DNA from: Veterinaerplatzvirus T145P1
DNA length: 45,509 nucleotides
Reading direction: 5' to 3' (one strand)
Sequence record: OZ035793.1
This document shows positions 44,151-45,509 of the stretch, piece by piece. The first letter of the stretch is position 1. Every line of letters starts with the position of its first letter. Under the pieces are notes generated by a model, which saw only the letters and a list, made by a program, of their open reading frames with translations, did not search any database and was not told the origin of the DNA. A program made the position numbers and the translations under genes.

Positions 44151-44190
44151 CACGAATTGATAAACCAGATCGCCACGGATGGCATATAAT
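44145..44190 (+). promoter_or_regulatory. composite promoter element
   Basis: AAATAGCACGAATTGATAAA, 22 bp with hairpin GCCA-cgga-TGGC, TATAAT. Confidence 0.55.
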
Positions 44191-44223
44191 CACCATATCA
44201 ATACAACGAGAGAGATAAAGCAA

Positions 44224-44421
44224 ATGAACAACAAATCAAATGAAGTGACAAAGGTTAAATCACATATCGCAGAAAATAATTATGATGAGTCTTTGGATTT
44301 AGGTTTCAATTCAAGAAAAGTAGTTGTTAACGGAATCATGGGTTTTCATTCTCGCTGCGTTATGGCTAAACCAGTTATTGGCTTTGAGTCTCGATGCGTC
44401 TTTGTTGGTGGAGTCTTATAA
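44224..44421 (+). CDS. hypothetical protein with internal GF.SRCV duplication
   Basis: Start trimmed to ATG 44224 (RBS gagagag); upstream ATG lies in the promoter -10. Confidence 0.5.
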   Translation: MNNKSNEVTKVKSHIAENNYDESLDLGFNSRKVVVNGIMGFHSRCVMAKPVIGFESRCVFVGGVL

Positions 44422-44660
44422 TGTTCGGATTATCAGAAGCACACTTCAACGCAGTTAAACGTCAGGCCGCAAAGTTGAACGAAGAGTACAGCAAGCTATC
44501 GCCAAAGCAGCGTAAGGACGATAGGCATGTTGCGACGTTGATTTCTAAGATGTGGGAGCCAGTTTTTACAATCATTAGTCGAGATCGCTTTGTTTGGACC
44601 AGTGGTTATCTTAAGGGTCGCGTCGGTCATGATGAGAATGGGAACAGCCTTTATGAGTGA
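44421..44660 (+). CDS. hypothetical protein
   Basis: Start trimmed to ATG 44421, TAATG overlap. Confidence 0.45.
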   Translation: MFGLSEAHFNAVKRQAAKLNEEYSKLSPKQRKDDRHVATLISKMWEPVFTIISRDRFVWTSGYLKGRVGHDENGNSLYE

Positions 44661-44693
44661 GTTAACAATCTGGTTTATCGCGGGACTGATTAC

Positions 44694-44942
44694 TTGGGCT
44701 TACTTTATGGTGGCGGCATGAGAACATTGAGGCAGATTTTATTCGGTTGCAAGAAGCATCACTACGTTTACTATCGTGATATTAAATGGTTCGAGGAGGC
44801 TCATTGCAAGGGTGGTTACAAGACGAAGTTGATATGTAAGAAATGCAGGCACGTGACCAACAGCAAGGTTGATATGATGATTTGCCGTAGCACTCTTGAT
44901 TATATGCGTTACGGGCTCATAAAACCGCCAGTTAAGCCTTAA
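44694..44942 (+). CDS. hypothetical Cys-rich (zinc-ribbon-like) protein
   Basis: C-x-x-H ... C-x-x-C spacing; start uncertain (alternative Met 9 codons in). Confidence 0.45.
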   Translation: MGLLYGGGMRTLRQILFGCKKHHYVYYRDIKWFEEAHCKGGYKTKLICKKCRHVTNSKVDMMICRSTLDYMRYGLIKPPVKP

Positions 44943-44956
44943 TTGTTAAAAATAGC

Positions 44957-44985
44957 TTGCATCACTGACCGGAATTATCTAATAT
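44957..44985 (+). promoter_or_regulatory. sigma70-like promoter TTGCAT-17-TAATAT upstream of tRNA
   Basis: Canonical hexamers and spacing; predicted start about 160 nt upstream of the tRNA. Confidence 0.5.
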
Positions 44986-45150
44986 TAACCACGTAGACAA
45001 ACGAGCCATCCAAGATGGAACGGCGCACGGAGCGCAACTACTAAGTCCGTTGCTCATTAAGTAGCGTATGCGGCATTAAGACCTAGCGCAAATAGGCAGA
45101 TTAATCGGCTGTATCAGGCAGCCCCGGAGCCGTAACCGGGACTCATTCAA

Positions 45151-45227
45151 GGCTCGAGTGGCGAAAGTGGATATCGCAAGAGACTTCTAATCTCTAGATT
45201 GCTGGTTCGAATCCAGCCTCGAGCGCC
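45151..45227 (+). tRNA. tRNA-Arg (anticodon UCU) with encoded CCA
   Basis: Hand-folded cloverleaf: 7-bp acceptor GCTCGAG/CTCGAGC, U8, 4-bp D stem GCGA/TCGC, D loop with GG, 5-bp anticodon stem AGAGA/TCTCT, loop CTTCTAA, 5-nt variable loop, T arm GCTGG-TTCGAAT-CCAGC, discriminator G, CCA. Confidence 0.85.
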
Positions 45228-45243
45228 AATCAAGGAGTTCATT

Positions 45244-45426
45244 ATGTGGGATGTGAAGTTGTCCATTCGCTTAATGGGCCGCTCGTGCAATAGCTGCACC
45301 CAAGATTATGTCGCGTCAGTTGCCGCAATCAGCGCTGAGGATGCGGTAGCGAAAGTAAAGGAGATGTCAGGCGCTGACCCTGACACTCACAAATTCCTGG
45401 TAGCTTACGTTCGTGAGCGAAAGTAA
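45244..45426 (+). CDS. hypothetical protein
   Basis: Start trimmed to ATG 45244 behind RBS aaggag; the longer ORF would overlap the tRNA; terminator 45470-45494 follows. Confidence 0.5.
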   Translation: MWDVKLSIRLMGRSCNSCTQDYVASVAAISAEDAVAKVKEMSGADPDTHKFLVAYVRERK

Positions 45427-45469
45427 AAAGTGTTATACCCTCGTTAAGTTTCGTTTCTCTCGTTGTTTT

Positions 45470-45494
45470 TAGCCCTCGCTTGAGGGCTTTTTTT
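45470..45494 (+). terminator. intrinsic terminator
   Basis: AGCCCTC-gctt-GAGGGCT plus T7. Confidence 0.75.
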
Positions 45495-45509
45495 CGTCTG
45501 CAATATGGT

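Noticed and set aside
2115-44164. Palindrome TAGCACGAATTGCTA resembling a sigma54 -24/-12 promoter (TGGCACG-N4-TTGCA)
   Set aside because: The -24 GG is AG here and the spacing to GC is 8 nt, not 10; both are essentially invariant in sigma54 promoters.
30773-44223. Upstream start codons given in the ORF track for ORFs 30773, 44179, 22271, 13713, 3925, 26713 (-), 27724 (-), 20558 (-)
   Set aside because: These starts fall inside promoter or terminator elements or lack an RBS, while an internal ATG with a good Shine-Dalgarno site follows; starts were trimmed.
44992-45150. Possible second tRNA or tRNA-like gene upstream of tRNA-Arg
   Set aside because: No T arm (TTCRANYC) or acceptor/anticodon geometry could be folded; treated as a structured leader only.
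1-45509. CRISPR array
   Set aside because: Repeats present are either promoter-associated and irregularly spaced, or AT-rich; there is no series of regularly spaced identical repeats with unique spacers.
1-45509. Integrase, repressor or attachment site indicating a temperate lifestyle
   Set aside because: No tyrosine/serine recombinase-like or CI-like ORF recognised; the tRNA is intact with its own promoter and no flanking recombinase, so it does not look like an attachment site.

Overview
The window reads as a near-complete genome of a virulent siphovirus with lambda-like tail-tip genes and a T1-like (Drexlerviridae-type) replication/recombination set; no integrase or repressor is visible. 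All calls are made by eye from motifs, gene order and the ORF track, with no database search. Layout: a + strand packaging/head/tail module (1..19271: TerS, TerL, portal, scaffold-like protein, capsid, connector proteins, major tail, G/GT chaperone with a -1 slippery site, tape measure, M-L-K-I-J); a short - strand lipoprotein operon; a + strand recombination block (PD-(D/E)XK exonuclease, Dam methylase, Erf-like, SSB); a - strand HTH-primase-tailspike unit; a + strand helicase/VRR-NUC/phosphoesterase block ending in a pinholin + SAR-endolysin + u-spanin lysis cassette; a - strand operon with a P-loop ATPase; and a + strand array of tiny early genes ending in a tRNA-Arg(UCU). The most unusual signals are non-coding: (1) about 17 copies of a composite element, palindrome ATAGCA-N5-TGCTAAA, then an invariant 22 bp, then TATAGTTA, then leader CATCGAAACGA, usually starting at the upstream stop codon; (2) two intergenic regions about 19 kb apart sharing a 60-70 bp AT-rich repeat with a variable (TTA)n tract and GATATAC(A/G)C iterons; (3) an ORF-free ~210-nt structured leader on the - strand; (4) a tRNA with its own sigma70 promoter and structured 5' leader. 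Many ORF-track starts were trimmed to internal ATGs with Shine-Dalgarno sites, and several genes under 60 aa were added on the basis of start/stop overlaps.
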